IMG/VR virus record: IMGVR_UViG_2896589216_000002 | Length of the DNA: 34,924 nucleotides | DNA from: a virus | Taxonomy: Duplodnaviria; Heunggongvirae; Uroviricota; Caudoviricetes | Direction: 5' to 3' (one strand) | Shown here: positions 1 to 10,390 of the stretch, piece after piece | Numbering within the stretch: the first letter of the stretch is position 1 | Layout: the number at the start of each line of letters is the position of its first letter | Made by a program: the position numbers and the translations under genes | Notes under the pieces: model-generated | What the model was told of the DNA's origin: nothing | The model's input: only the letters and a program-made list of their open reading frames with translations | Database searches by the model: none

Positions 1-381
1 ATGCAGAAAAATGTGAATCCCGGCAGGCGAAAAGGCTGCCCTAATTATCCTCCCGAATTTAAACAGCAGCTCGTTGCTGCCTCCTGTGAACCCGGGATAT
101 CCATCTCAAAACTTGCTCTTGAAAATGGCATTAACGCCAATCTGTTGTTCAAATGGCGACAACAATGGCGCGAGGGAAAGCTGCTATTACCTTCTTCAGA
201 GAGCCCCCAGCTACTTCCTGTGACTCTCGATGCAGCTGCCGAACAGCCAGAATCGCTCGCAGAGGATCCGGAAACCCTCAGTATCAGCTGTGAGGTAACG
301 TTCCGGCACGGGACGCTCCGCTTTAATGGCAATGTCAGCGAAAAGCTCCTGACTCTGCTGATACAGGAACTGAAGCGATGA
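1..381 (+). CDS. tnpA: IS66-family accessory protein TnpA (OrfA), first ~7 codons cut by window edge
   Basis: Identical to the 133-aa ORFs at 19886-20287 and 28328-28729 (which start MGTKVSDMQKNVN). Confidence 0.85.
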   Translation: MQKNVNPGRRKGCPNYPPEFKQQLVAASCEPGISISKLALENGINANLLFKWRQQWREGKLLLPSSESPQLLPVTLDAAAEQPESLAEDPETLSISCEVTFRHGTLRFNGNVSEKLLTLLIQELKR

Positions 382-725
382 TCCCGTTACCTTCCGGGAC
401 CAAAATTTGGCTGGTTGCCGGTATCACCGATATGAGAAATGGCTTCAACGGCCTGGCGGCAAAGGTGCAGACGACGCTGAAAGACGATCCGATGTCAGGT
501 CACGTTTTTATCTTCCGTGGGCGTAATGGCAGTCAGGTAAAGCTCCTCTGGTCTACCGGCGATGGACTGTGTCTGCTGACCAAACGGCTGGAGCGCGGCC
601 GCTTCGCCTGGCCGTCAGCCCGGGATGGCAAAGTGTTCCTCACACCGGCACAGCTGGCGATGCTCCTTGAAGGTATCGACTGGCGGCAGCCTAAAAGACT
701 GCTTACGTCCCTGACTATGTTGTAA
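378..725 (+). CDS. tnpB: IS66-family TnpB (OrfB), 115 aa
   Basis: ATGA overlap with tnpA; conserved IS66 OrfB-type sequence; three identical copies in window. Confidence 0.85.
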   Translation: MIPLPSGTKIWLVAGITDMRNGFNGLAAKVQTTLKDDPMSGHVFIFRGRNGSQVKLLWSTGDGLCLLTKRLERGRFAWPSARDGKVFLTPAQLAMLLEGIDWRQPKRLLTSLTML

Positions 726-773
726 GCCTCTTTATCCTGGTCGACGCTGAATGAGCCTGGTAATATACCCGGT

Positions 774-2312
774 ATGAGCAGCTCACTTCCTGACGATATC
801 AATGCACTGAAACGTCTCCTTGCCGAACAGGAGGCGCTGAACCGTGCCCTGCTGGAAAAGCTGAACGAGCGTGAACGCGAAATAGACCATCTGCAGGCAC
901 AGCTGGATAAGCTGCGCCGGATGAACTTCGGCAGCCGCTCCGAAAAAGTCTCCCGTCGTATCGCACAGATGGAAGCTGACCTGAAGGCACTTCAGAAAGA
1001 AAGTGATACCCTTACCGGTCGGGTTGACGACCCGGCCGTGCAGCGCCCGCTGCGTCAAACCCGCACCCGCAAACCGTTCCCCGAATCACTCCCCCGCGAT
1101 GAAAAACGGCTGCTGCCGGCAGCGTCATGCTGCCCGGAATGTGGAGGCTCACTGAGCTATCCGGGTGAGGATGCCGCCGAACAGCTGGAGTTGATGCGCA
1201 GCGTCTTCCGGGTTATCCGGACTGTACGTGAAAAGCATGCCTGTACTCAGTGCGATGCCATCGTGCAGGCCCCCGCGCCTTCACGGCCCATCGAGCGGGG
1301 TATCGCAGGACCGGGGCTGCTGGCCCGCGTGCTGATCTCAAAGTATGCAGAGCACACCCCGCTGTACCGCCAGTCTGAAATGTACGGCCGCCAGGGCGTG
1401 GAGCTGAGTCGTTCACTGCTGTCGGGCTGGGTGGATGCATGCTGCCGGCTACTGTCACCGCTGGAAGAAGCGCTTCAGGACTATGTGCTGACTGACGGTA
1501 AGCTCCATGCTGATGACACGCCTGTCCCGGTGCTGTTGCCAGGCAATAAGAAAACGAAGACCGGGCGGTTATGGACCTACGTTCGTGACGACCGTAACGC
1601 CGGGTCAACGCTGGCGCCGGCGGTGTGGTTCGCTTACAGCCCGGACAGAAAAGGCATCCATCCGCAGACCCATCTTGCGGGGTTCAGTGGTGTACTGCAG
1701 GCGGATGCATACGCCGGGTTCAACGAGCTGTACCGGGATGGCCGGATAACGGAAGCCGCCTGTTGGGCTCACGCCCGCCGTAAAATCCACGATGTGCACG
1801 TTCGCACCCCGTCAGCCCTGACGGAGGAAGCGCTGAAACGGATCGGCGAACTGTACGCCATCGAGGCAGAGATAAGGGGAATGACGGCGGAGCAGCGCCT
1901 TGCCGAACGTCAGTTGAAAACGAAACCGCTGCTGAAATCCCTGGAAAGCTGGCTGCGTGAAAAGATGAAAACCCTGTCGCGACACTCAGAACTGGCGAAA
2001 GCGTTCGCATACGCCCTGAACCAGTGGCCGGCGCTGACGTACTATGCAGATGATGGCTGGGCTGAGGCGGACAATAACATCGCTGAAAATGCGTTGCGGA
2101 TGGTCAGTCTGGGCCGCAAAAACTACCTGTTCTTCGGTTCGGATCATGGAGGAGAGCGGGGAGCGCTGCTGTACAGCCTGATCGGGACGTGCAAACTGAA
2201 CGGAGTGGAGCCAGAAAGCTACCTCCGCTATGTCCTTGACGTCATAGCCGACTGGCCGATAAACCGGGTCGGCGAACTGCTCCCCTGGCGCGTAGCACTG
2301 CCGACTGAATAA
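774..2312 (+). CDS. tnpC: IS66-family transposase TnpC, 512 aa
   Basis: Long ORF with Cys-rich zinc-finger-like region (CCPECG...CTQC); identical to copy 3. Confidence 0.9.
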   Translation: MSSSLPDDINALKRLLAEQEALNRALLEKLNEREREIDHLQAQLDKLRRMNFGSRSEKVSRRIAQMEADLKALQKESDTLTGRVDDPAVQRPLRQTRTRKPFPESLPRDEKRLLPAASCCPECGGSLSYPGEDAAEQLELMRSVFRVIRTVREKHACTQCDAIVQAPAPSRPIERGIAGPGLLARVLISKYAEHTPLYRQSEMYGRQGVELSRSLLSGWVDACCRLLSPLEEALQDYVLTDGKLHADDTPVPVLLPGNKKTKTGRLWTYVRDDRNAGSTLAPAVWFAYSPDRKGIHPQTHLAGFSGVLQADAYAGFNELYRDGRITEAACWAHARRKIHDVHVRTPSALTEEALKRIGELYAIEAEIRGMTAEQRLAERQLKTKPLLKSLESWLREKMKTLSRHSELAKAFAYALNQWPALTYYADDGWAEADNNIAENALRMVSLGRKNYLFFGSDHGGERGALLYSLIGTCKLNGVEPESYLRYVLDVIADWPINRVGELLPWRVALPTE

Positions 2313-2345
2313 CACATCCCCGTCAATACGGTTCTTGCTGCACGC

Positions 2346-2705
2346 TTACGATTTTGCCAGCATGACTACCGGGGACAGGCGGCCCAGTGAGTCGGGACCA
2401 GCATTCCAGATACGACCGTTCCATTCAAACGTGAACGGCTTCGCCTCCTGTTCTGCGCGCCATGCTTCAATTTCCTGACGTCTGGCCTCTCTGGCCGCTT
2501 CCTGCATTTCTGGTGTCACAGTGAATGGGGCTATCTCACCCCATTTGCCGCTTTGCAGTTCCTGCCAGATTTGCTGACCCGTCGGAGCGACATCATCAGC
2601 GGTGGCTGTGTAGGGGACTGCCTGGTCCCTGTCGTCAAAAAAAACGTCACAGTCTACTGCGCCACTTTCGGTATAACGGGGATTAATGATTTTTTTAGTT
2701 TCCAC
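2346..2705 (-). pseudogene. tail fiber assembly protein (Tfa-like), GTG start at 2705; 3' end abuts IS66 and stop codon lies inside the IS terminus
   Basis: RBS gagga upstream of GTG (VETKKIINPRY...); last sense codon 2349-2351 and stop 2346-2348 straddle the IS66 end. Confidence 0.5.
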
Positions 2706-2715
2706 GGTGCATTCC

Positions 2716-3069
2716 TCACGATGTGCGAATAAAAAGCCCGGGCATTGCGCCAGAGACATGTGCATCCGGCACCCCGGACAGGGCGCAATATGACCCCGGT
2801 AATGAATGCTCTGAACATCCCGTAATGAAAAATTGTGGGGATGCTATATACGTTCCGGTGGGAGTACTGGGCACTGAAATCCCCACCGGTCCCAGTCGTG
2901 AGCCTCTGTATGACTGCCCCCTGACAAGTCTGATGACTTTATCACCGTCAGCTTCTCCCTGGTACGCAGCAATAATCAGCCCGCCAATGTCAGGGGCTCC
3001 CCATCTGTTGCGGACAGAGCTCGCCACGATTCTGTAAATAATATCTTCTGTGGTTATATTTATTTTCAC
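2716..3069 (-). CDS. hypothetical protein, 117 aa, between side tail fiber and tfa
   Basis: ATGA-coupled to upstream fiber ORF; no recognisable family; could be a displaced fiber C-terminal domain. Confidence 0.35.
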   Translation of the reverse strand: MKINITTEDIIYRIVASSVRNRWGAPDIGGLIIAAYQGEADGDKVIRLVRGQSYRGSRLGPVGISVPSTPTGTYIASPQFFITGCSEHSLPGSYCALSGVPDAHVSGAMPGLFIRTS

Positions 3070-4124
3070 CCAGTCAGTCTGGATATGGGCCAGTAGCAGT
3101 AGCGGGTGTGATAAATGGGGCCGTTAATGCCGTAAAAAGTAAGGGATTTGGCTCTGTACCGCGGTTCTGTTGTCTCAGGGCGTGCATCAGTCCACCGGAT
3201 GCTGAGCACCCCTTCAAACCGTGTGTCGGGTATGATGCCCAGGCGGCCAGCAACGGAATACTCACCTGGCAGCGCATTCCTTACCCAGGCCAGGAAATCA
3301 CTCTTAGTGTCAAAACGGATAACATCTTCAGGCAGAAAAGCACACCCAAAGCCGAATGCGCCGGGTATCGCCAGACGGCCTTTTGTCCGGTCGTAAATGT
3401 CGCTCTGTGCTTCCATCGTGGCCGCACTTTTCAGCCCCAGATTATCCCGGGACTTCTGTTGTGCCTTTTCGCCTGCTGCTGCGATTTCTGACAGATGGTT
3501 AGCCATTTTCAGAGTGCCGGTAAGCGCAGCATCAATGTCATTTTTGGCCTGTTCTGCTGCGCGGGCATAACCTGCGGCATCCTGTGCGCTCTGTCCGGCT
3601 GCGGCTGCATTTGCTCCTGTGCTTGTCACATCTTCCGCAGTGGCCTTTCTGTCCTCAGCTGTGACGGTTGCATCCTGTCTGGCATTCTCCGCAAAACGTT
3701 GTGCATCATCACGGGCCGTTGCGGCTGCCGCCACATCCTGCGCCGTCTGCTGTGCGTTTCCGGCTGCGGCCCCGGCGCTCTGCTGCGCCTGCACCACCAT
3801 TTCCTCAAAGCGTTTGACGACATCCGGTTTCAGGTCGCCCTCATCAGGAGCAATCAGAAAGTCATTCAGCGTGCCGGGCTTTGAGTCCTCATATACAGCA
3901 ATGTCGCCAACGTTGTACTCGTTGTGCCAGCCCGGTTTCAGATACACACCATATTTTCCAGTCCGCGCATGGAAACAGTATTCACCATCGTTTCCTGTCA
4001 TCACATCAGCAACAGTGTGCATCACCACTTCCGGGGTGTTTACCCGGGATTTCAGAATAATATGGTATCCGGACATGGGGATACCTGCGCCATCAGTCAG
4101 CGCACCTGATATCACTACAGACAT
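3066..4124 (-). CDS. stf: side tail fiber protein with lambda Stf-like N-terminal domain and Ala/Gln-rich shaft, 352 aa
   Basis: N-terminus (ISGALTDGAG...VYEDSKPGTLNDFL) parallels lambda Stf N-domain (VYEDSQPGTLNDFL). Confidence 0.7.
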   Translation of the reverse strand: MSVVISGALTDGAGIPMSGYHIILKSRVNTPEVVMHTVADVMTGNDGEYCFHARTGKYGVYLKPGWHNEYNVGDIAVYEDSKPGTLNDFLIAPDEGDLKPDVVKRFEEMVVQAQQSAGAAAGNAQQTAQDVAAAATARDDAQRFAENARQDATVTAEDRKATAEDVTSTGANAAAAGQSAQDAAGYARAAEQAKNDIDAALTGTLKMANHLSEIAAAGEKAQQKSRDNLGLKSAATMEAQSDIYDRTKGRLAIPGAFGFGCAFLPEDVIRFDTKSDFLAWVRNALPGEYSVAGRLGIIPDTRFEGVLSIRWTDARPETTEPRYRAKSLTFYGINGPIYHTRYCYWPISRLTG

Positions 4125-4476
4125 AGTTTTTCTCGCGATAAATTAAATCAGGAAGAAATTTCCGGAGAGGCGGGCCATTCAATGGCGTTGTATGAGGTTT
4201 TATCAGTGATGACACTGAAATCCATCGCCTGCAGCGATTTCGCGTAAATGCGGTACGCTTTCAGTTTTTCCCGGTCTTCGTCGCTGATTAGCCCCAGCAG
4301 CAGGTCTTCTTCCCATTCCCCTGTCCGGGCACTGACCTGAGCCAGAAGGGCATCACGCTCATCTTCCGCTTTGAGTCTGTAGTCAAAGACAAATTCATCA
4401 TTGCGGTAAAACCAGTAACCCGGCGCGGTAATGCGGCGGTTGGCGGTAATATCAGGAACTTGGTAATGACTCCAAC

Positions 4477-4980
4477 TTACTGATAGTGTTTTATGTTCAG
4501 ATAATGCCCGATGACCTTGTCATGCAGCTCCACCGATTTTGAGAACGACAGTGACTTCCGTCCCAGCCTTGCCAGATGTTGTCTCAGATTCAGATTATGT
4601 CGCTCAATGCGCTGAGTGTAACGCTTGCTGATAACGTGCAGCTTTCCCTTCAGGCGTGATTCATACAGCGGCCAGCCATCCGTCATCCATACCACGACCT
4701 CAAAGGCCGACAGCAGGCTCAGAAGACGCTCCAGTGTGGCCAGAGTGCGTTCACCGAAGACGTGCGCCACAACCGTCCTCCGTATCCTGTCATACGCGTA
4801 AAACAGCCAGCGCTGACGTGATTTAGCACCGACGTAGCCCCACTGTTCGTCCATTTCAGCGCAGACAATCACATCACTGCCCGGTTGTATGCGCGAGGTT
4901 ACCGACTGCGGCCTGAGTTTTTTAAGTGACGTAAAACCGTGTTGAGGCCAACGCCCATAATGCGTGCACTGGCGCGACAT
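4477..4980 (-). CDS. insB: IS1 InsB
   Basis: Canonical IS1 InsB sequence. Confidence 0.9.
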   Translation of the reverse strand: MSRQCTHYGRWPQHGFTSLKKLRPQSVTSRIQPGSDVIVCAEMDEQWGYVGAKSRQRWLFYAYDRIRRTVVAHVFGERTLATLERLLSLLSAFEVVVWMTDGWPLYESRLKGKLHVISKRYTQRIERHNLNLRQHLARLGRKSLSFSKSVELHDKVIGHYLNIKHYQ

Positions 4981-5174
4981 CCGACGCCATTCATGGCCAT
5001 ATCAATGATTTTCTGGTGCGTACCGGGCTGAGAGGCGGTGTAAGTGAACTGTAGTTGCCATGTTTTACGGCAATGAGAGCAGAGATAGCGCTGATGTCCG
5101 GCAGTGCTTTTGCCGTTACGCACCACGCCTTCAGTAGCGGAGCAGGAAGGACATCTGATGGAAATGGAAGCCAC
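4899..5174 (-). CDS. insA: IS1 InsA
   Basis: Canonical 91-aa InsA with CxxC zinc finger. Confidence 0.9.
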   Translation of the reverse strand: MASISIRCPSCSATEGVVRNGKSTAGHQRYLCSHCRKTWQLQFTYTASQPGTHQKIIDMAMNGVGCRASARIMGVGLNTVLRHLKNSGRSR

Positions 5175-5472
5175 GCAAGCACCTTAAAATCACCATCATA
5201 CACTAAATCAGTAAGTTGGCAGCATTACCCAGGAACTTCAATAACACTGGCGTTACGGGGTTCAATGCCTGTCACATCCTTACCGACCCACACCACGCGA
5301 CCGTCTCCGGTGTAAGTTATTTTAATTGTGTCGCTGGCGAAATTCTTCAGCTCTTCATACCAGTTTTTTCCGTCTTCCGAAAAAAGCCAGGTGACATCAT
5401 ATTGTTTTGTCAGCTGATATTGTTCCACGGTTTTCGGATTGCCCGCAGTAATATTTTTTAAATGCAACATTG

Positions 5473-6858
5473 TTAAACACTCGCCACGTTATACCAGGTG
5501 CCATTAATCAGTTTCTGAAGCGGGCGGTAATACACGCCGTTGACGTTATCCGCTGAGTCACGGCCGGTATCCGATATCGCTATCCCTGACAGCCCGTGTC
5601 CCGAAGGTGCGCGAAATCTCCACGAAACGGTGTTACTGCCGGGGCTGTAATACATTTCATGGCCATACCGTACATCCTGTACCCCCTCTGTTCGATATTT
5701 ATAGCGGGCATCGAAGTTTCCGTAATTTAACGGAATTACCTGTCCGTTTACGGCGAACGTGATGCTGTTATCTGTATTCCTCTGGCTGAAAAAATGCCAG
5801 CCTGAATCATCGCCAAGCTCTGCAACAACAGACCTGGATGGATTACCCCACAAATAAAACGCTGCATTTTTCGTGGAGTTGTTGGCGCTGGATAACGTGA
5901 ATTTTCTGGCAGTTCCGGCCTGAATATTCTTAAAAGCAATAGCCACTCCATTCTGAAAGCGGAATACACGCTGACTATTAGCATAAACATCCAGAATACC
6001 GTCTCCATTCTGTTTAAATCCGGTGTCATTATCACCAAGAACAATTGAATTCCCCCCCAGGGCGTTCTGAACGCCGATACCCAGCGCACCATTGACCTGC
6101 GAACCACCGCCAACAGACACTTTATGCGACATGGATATTTCACCCGTCCGCAAATTAATGGTGAACGGGCGCAGGGGACCAATATCGCCATTTTCCCCCT
6201 GACCTTCACTGGTGGGAATAAGGTGCAGGCACTCTTCCGAACGACGAAAAATCAGGCCAAAAGCTTCGTTGAAAATCCTCAGCGCATTAACACCACGGAT
6301 TTTCAGCTCTCCGGTTATTTTATCGCCTTCCCGATGAACATAGCGTTGATCTGACTGCTCTTTACTGTAAACCTGAAGATTATCCCGTGCCGTCCCTTTA
6401 TTCTGAAGGTCTGACAGATTGTTCTTCTGCCGCAGGAATATCCTTTTCGGATCCTCAAGAAGATTTACCCAGCCCGCACTGTCGGAGCCTTCAGGATCGG
6501 TCAGGTTATCGTCTGTGGTATTCAGCCAGACCGCTGTTGTTGCGACTCCGGCGAGAATGGCTCCTTTTGCATATCCACCAATGGCCCCCGCAAAACCGGC
6601 ATTATACGTGTACAAACCGCCAGCTTGGGCGAACCGTATTGCTGCGGTAATATCGTACATCAGACCGTTAAAATCCTTGCAGTGTGGCGGTATACCTCCC
6701 GCTGAGACCGCTGTCATGGTCACCGGAGGAAAACCTGAATCATACGCAGCATTACCGCTCTCTCTGGTCTGCTGTGTCGCCTTGTCCGGGATACGGTTTT
6801 TATCTCCGGTACTCGCAAAGGGGACCGCCAGCTGGCGGGGTTTATCACTGGCCTTCAT
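5473..6858 (-). CDS. phage tail fiber protein, 461 aa
   Basis: Sits between baseplate genes and tfa; stop directly abuts tfa start. Confidence 0.6.
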   Translation of the reverse strand: MKASDKPRQLAVPFASTGDKNRIPDKATQQTRESGNAAYDSGFPPVTMTAVSAGGIPPHCKDFNGLMYDITAAIRFAQAGGLYTYNAGFAGAIGGYAKGAILAGVATTAVWLNTTDDNLTDPEGSDSAGWVNLLEDPKRIFLRQKNNLSDLQNKGTARDNLQVYSKEQSDQRYVHREGDKITGELKIRGVNALRIFNEAFGLIFRRSEECLHLIPTSEGQGENGDIGPLRPFTINLRTGEISMSHKVSVGGGSQVNGALGIGVQNALGGNSIVLGDNDTGFKQNGDGILDVYANSQRVFRFQNGVAIAFKNIQAGTARKFTLSSANNSTKNAAFYLWGNPSRSVVAELGDDSGWHFFSQRNTDNSITFAVNGQVIPLNYGNFDARYKYRTEGVQDVRYGHEMYYSPGSNTVSWRFRAPSGHGLSGIAISDTGRDSADNVNGVYYRPLQKLINGTWYNVASV

Positions 6859-7261
6859 TACGGGACTCCTTTAAAACTACTGAAACATAAACACCCGGCG
6901 GGGACGGCAGTGCACCCGACGACTGGATAATCGCCAGTTCTGCCAACGAGAGCGCGGACTCAAAGATGTAACTCATCCTCAGCCCACCATTATTCAGAAC
7001 ATAAGCCCGCCGTTTTTTTCCGAACATAAATCTCAGCATCCGGTTAATATCCGGAACGGAACAGTCAGTAATGTTCGACATGGCTTTCATCAGTATCAGC
7101 CGCCGGTATACAGCATCAGACAGGTCAACAGTCCGGGTATCCGATTTTCCGTTGTAAAACGGTGCCTGATTAGACTGGCCCCCTGAATCTCCAGACAACC
7201 AGTATCACTTAAATAAGTGATAGTCTTAATACTAGTTTTTAGACTAGTCATTGGAGTACAG

Positions 7262-7627
7262 ATGATTGATGTCTTAGGGCCGGAGAAACGCAGACGGCGT
7301 ACCACACAGGAAAAGATCGCAATTGTTCAGCAGAGCTTTGAACCGGGGATGACGGTCTCCCTCGTTGCCCGGCAACATGGTGTAGCAGCCAGCCAGTTAT
7401 TTCTCTGGCGTAAGCAATACCAGGAAGGAAGTCTTACTGCTGTGGCCGCCGGAGAACAGGTTGTTCCTGCCTCTGAACTTGCTGCCGCCATGAAGCAGAT
7501 TAAAGAACTCCAGCGCCTGCTCGGCAAGAAAACGATGGAAAATGAACTCCTCAAAGAAGCCGTTGAATATGGACGGGCAAAAAAGTGGATAGCGCACGCG
7601 CCCTTATTGCCCGGGGATGGGGAGTAA
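7262..7627 (+). CDS. insC: IS2 InsC (OrfA)
   Basis: Starts [16 protein letters not shown] protein. Confidence 0.9.
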
Positions 7628-8490
7628 GCTTAGTCAGCCGTTGTCTCCGGGTGTCGCGTGCGCAGTTGCACGTCATTCTCAGACGAACCGATGACTGGAT
7701 GGATGGCCGCCGCAGTCGTCACACTGATGATACGGATGTGCTTCTCCGTATACACCATGTTATCGGAGAGCTGCCCACGTATGGTTATCGTCGGGTATGG
7801 GCGCTGCTTCGCAGACAGGCAGAACTTGATGGTATGCCTGCGATCAATGCCAAACGTGTTTACCGGATCATGCGCCAGAATGCGCTGTTGCTTGAGCGAA
7901 AACCTGCTGTACCGCCATCGAAACGGGCACATACAGGCAGAGTGGCCGTGAAAGAAAGCAATCAGCGATGGTGCTCTGACGGGTTCGAGTTCTGCTGTGA
8001 TAACGGAGAGAGACTGCGTGTCACGTTCGCGCTGGACTGCTGTGATCGTGAGGCACTGCACTGGGCGGTGACTACCGGCGGCTTCAACAGTGAAACAGTA
8101 CAGGACGTCATGCTGGGAGCGGTGGAACGCCGCTTCGGCAACGATCTTCCGTCGTCTCCAGTGGAGTGGCTGACGGATAATGGTTCATGCTACCGGGCTA
8201 ATGAAACACGCCAGTTCGCCCGGATGTTGGGACTTGAACCGAAGAACACGGCGGTGCGGAGTCCGGAGAGTAACGGAATAGCAGAGAGCTTCGTGAAAAC
8301 GATAAAGCGTGACTACATAAGTATCATGCCCAAACCAGACGGGTTAACGGCAGCAAAGAACCTTGCAGAGGCGTTCGAGCATTATAACGAATGGCATCCG
8401 CATAGTGCGCTGGGTTATCGCTCGCCACGGGAATATCTGCGGCAGCGGGCTTGTAATGGGTTAAGTGATAACAGATGTCTGGAAATATAG
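7585..8490 (+). CDS. insD: IS2 InsD (OrfB transposase)
   Basis: 301-aa DDE ORF overlapping insC in -1 frame. Confidence 0.9.
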
Positions 8491-8787
8491 GGGCAAATCC
8501 ACTGATTAAACGGACAGGGATCATCCATTACCGGGGTGTCCATCCTGGACTCGCTGAAGCCCAGGTAATTAAAATCGTCCTTTACCGTCAGCCGGCGACT
8601 GACACCCACAATCTTTCCCCAGACATCAAGACCATACTTTTCTGCGGTATCGATGTTCCAGATAAGACCATAAAAATCACTGATAAAACTGTCGGGGGAA
8701 AGCGCTGCGTTAAAGCTGTTAATGAGGGCATTGAGTCGGGGGCTGGCAGCATACTGCGCAAGCACAGTGGCAGCCACATTCTGCACG

Positions 8788-10025
8788 TTATGCCTCCTGG
8801 AGTTTCACACTGATATCCGACACATCCAGAACCGGAATCTCATCTATCCCGAAAGTGACAGCCGTTGTCCATGACGAACCGTCACGGCTCACAGTAAGGC
8901 CCAGAATATCAATATGTTCCGGATCGGTTTTGTAAATGCCGGCATAGTAGCGCCCGGCAGAGACAACAGAGGCAACCCTTGCCCGCAGACCACCATCTGT
9001 ACCATTAAATGCGTCCAGCACGGATTGCTGTACCTGTCGGGTAATATCTGAAGGCAGGTAGTCACTTTTTTTCAGCGTCACACTGACATGCAGACTGACG
9101 GGTTTGAGTGTCTGCCAGCTGATTACGTATTCAGGATACGGCGGATCGTACTCCTTATCTGCAACAGTGAACGTTGTGTTGCCATTCATATCAATACCCG
9201 GCGGAGCCTTACGCCAGATGGCCGCCGCGATATCTGCCGGGCTGCCGCCGTACACGCCAACATAAAGCGAACCGGGTGTTAATGGATACTGACTGACTCC
9301 GGCTTTTTGTTCTGTTTTTTTCGGATTATGGGGGACGTAAACATCCACCACGTTTTCTACCGTGGAGAGTATTTCACCCCGGATGGCTTCCAGAATATTC
9401 CGGGCATTACGGGCAACTGAATTACGTCGGCGGTTTTCAAAGTCCGCACGGGTTTCCTCATCGCTGCCCGGCACACCGGCACGGGCGTTAGTGACACCTG
9501 ACCAGCCAGGTATTGCCTTATAAATTTTATTCAGCGTCCCCACAGGACAGCCGACGGGGCCGGTGGACAAATTCAGAAATACCGCATCAACCTGCCCTGA
9601 TGCGCCGATAGTGACGTCTGACTGACATACTTATAACCGGCCTCATCCTGCCCCATACTGCCCGCCGGGATCAGCGTGCCAACCAGCCCGGTACAGGTCG
9701 CTGTTACTGTCGTACCTGTGGCCCCACGGCGCTCCAGGAAATAAATCCTGCCTATTGCATCCTGAAAGCGACCACTGGAAAAGTCAGGGTTGATCTGGTT
9801 AACGATATACAGCAACTGATCGTTTTTATCCGCAATAATGGCGCTTTCGCTGGATGCAAGTTGTCCCTGCGGACTGCTCAGACTGGTACTCATGGCCCCG
9901 CCCAGCGCCGCCGAAAAATCAGCAAGCCTGCCGCTCAGAATATCCGCTTCATCCGGCACATTCAGCCCGCTATCCGAAATCTGTACAGCGGGCACTGCGG
10001 TAGAAAAAGATTTATTTTCACTCAT
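8788..10025 (-). pseudogene. baseplate J-like protein split by an apparent 1-nt frameshift near 9615-9635
   Basis: 150-aa N-terminal ORF (9573-10025) and 260-aa ORF (8788-9570); the second frame reads ...SDVTIGASGQVDAVFLN... straight after the first stops. Confidence 0.6.
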
Positions 10026-10378
10026 AGCAGTACCGTAAAAATGTCATTATTGGTATCTGTAATACGCAGCACACCTGTTACTGTCCGGGTTTGATCAGCT
10101 GTGACCTGGCAGACAGCGGCGCTCACGGTCGGCAGTTTAAGTGCTTCCTGTTGCAGAGTGGCATTCACCAGTTGTGTGCCGGGCCAGTGTCCGAGGATGC
10201 GTGGCCAGTAAGGTATGCCAGCCGTTGAGTCGTACCAGCACTCCCCCAGAAAAGTACTGCACGCACACGCCACATCCTGAGCTACCGCATGGGGATTATC
10301 AGTAATGGCAAGATTTCCGGTATCATCAAGCAGGATATCCCATGTCCCGGTGTCAAGAAGAAGTGATCGTGACTGCAT
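10022..10378 (-). CDS. baseplate wedge protein (gpW / gp25-like), 118 aa
   Basis: Size and position between V-like and J-like genes. Confidence 0.5.
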   Translation of the reverse strand: MQSRSLLLDTGTWDILLDDTGNLAITDNPHAVAQDVACACSTFLGECWYDSTAGIPYWPRILGHWPGTQLVNATLQQEALKLPTVSAAVCQVTADQTRTVTGVLRITDTNNDIFTVLL

Positions 10379-10390
10379 GTTTTCTCCTGT

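Larger units (their letters stand above)
1..2349 (+). mobile_element. IS66-family insertion sequence, copy 1 (left end outside window; right terminus ...cacgcttac at 2341-2349)
   Basis: tnpA-tnpB-tnpC gene order; near-identical to copies at 17919-20358 and 26360-28800; terminal GTAAGCG inverted repeat. Confidence 0.9.
4462..5229 (-). mobile_element. IS1 copy 1, 768 bp, 9-bp target duplication caggaactt (4453-4461 and 5230-5238)
   Basis: Terminal IRs ggtaatgactccaacttactgatag / ...ggcagcattacc; insA-insB. Confidence 0.95.
4137..5470 (-). pseudogene. tfa: tail fiber assembly protein (lambda Tfa family) interrupted by IS1
   Basis: Segments 5230-5470 and 4137-4461 join in frame across one copy of the 9-bp TSD to give ~190 aa ending ...AMDFSVITDKTSYNAIEWPASPEISS. 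Confidence 0.75.
7171..8501 (+). mobile_element. IS2, 1331 bp, 5-bp target duplication ctgat (7166-7170 and 8502-8506)
   Basis: Left end tagactggccccctgaatctccagacaacc, right end ...ggggcaaatcca; A6G slippery site at 7578-7584. Confidence 0.95.
6845..8786 (-). pseudogene. phage tail/baseplate protein (position of P2 gpI / Mu gp48) interrupted by IS2
   Basis: Segments 8502-8786 and 6845-7170 join in frame (...DDPCPFNQAPFYNGKSD...) across one copy of the 5-bp TSD; ~200 aa. Confidence 0.55.

Noticed and set aside
45-2010. Multiple 60-130-aa ORFs antisense to or out of frame with IS66 genes, repeated in all three copies
   Set aside because: They recur only because the IS is repeated; they lie within or antisense to tnpA/tnpC and have no independent signals.
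3495-4146. Plus-strand ORFs of 129 and 175 aa overlapping the side tail fiber gene
   Set aside because: Antisense to a well-supported fiber gene and Cys/Ala-rich low-complexity; an artefact of the fiber's repetitive coding sequence.
5748-6209. 153-aa minus-strand ORF inside the tail fiber gene
   Set aside because: Alternative frame of the 461-aa fiber ORF with no independent start context.
2346-6858. Gin/Pin-type invertible tail-fiber segment
   Set aside because: No serine invertase gene is present and both fiber-tfa sets lie on the same strand without flanking inverted crossover repeats.
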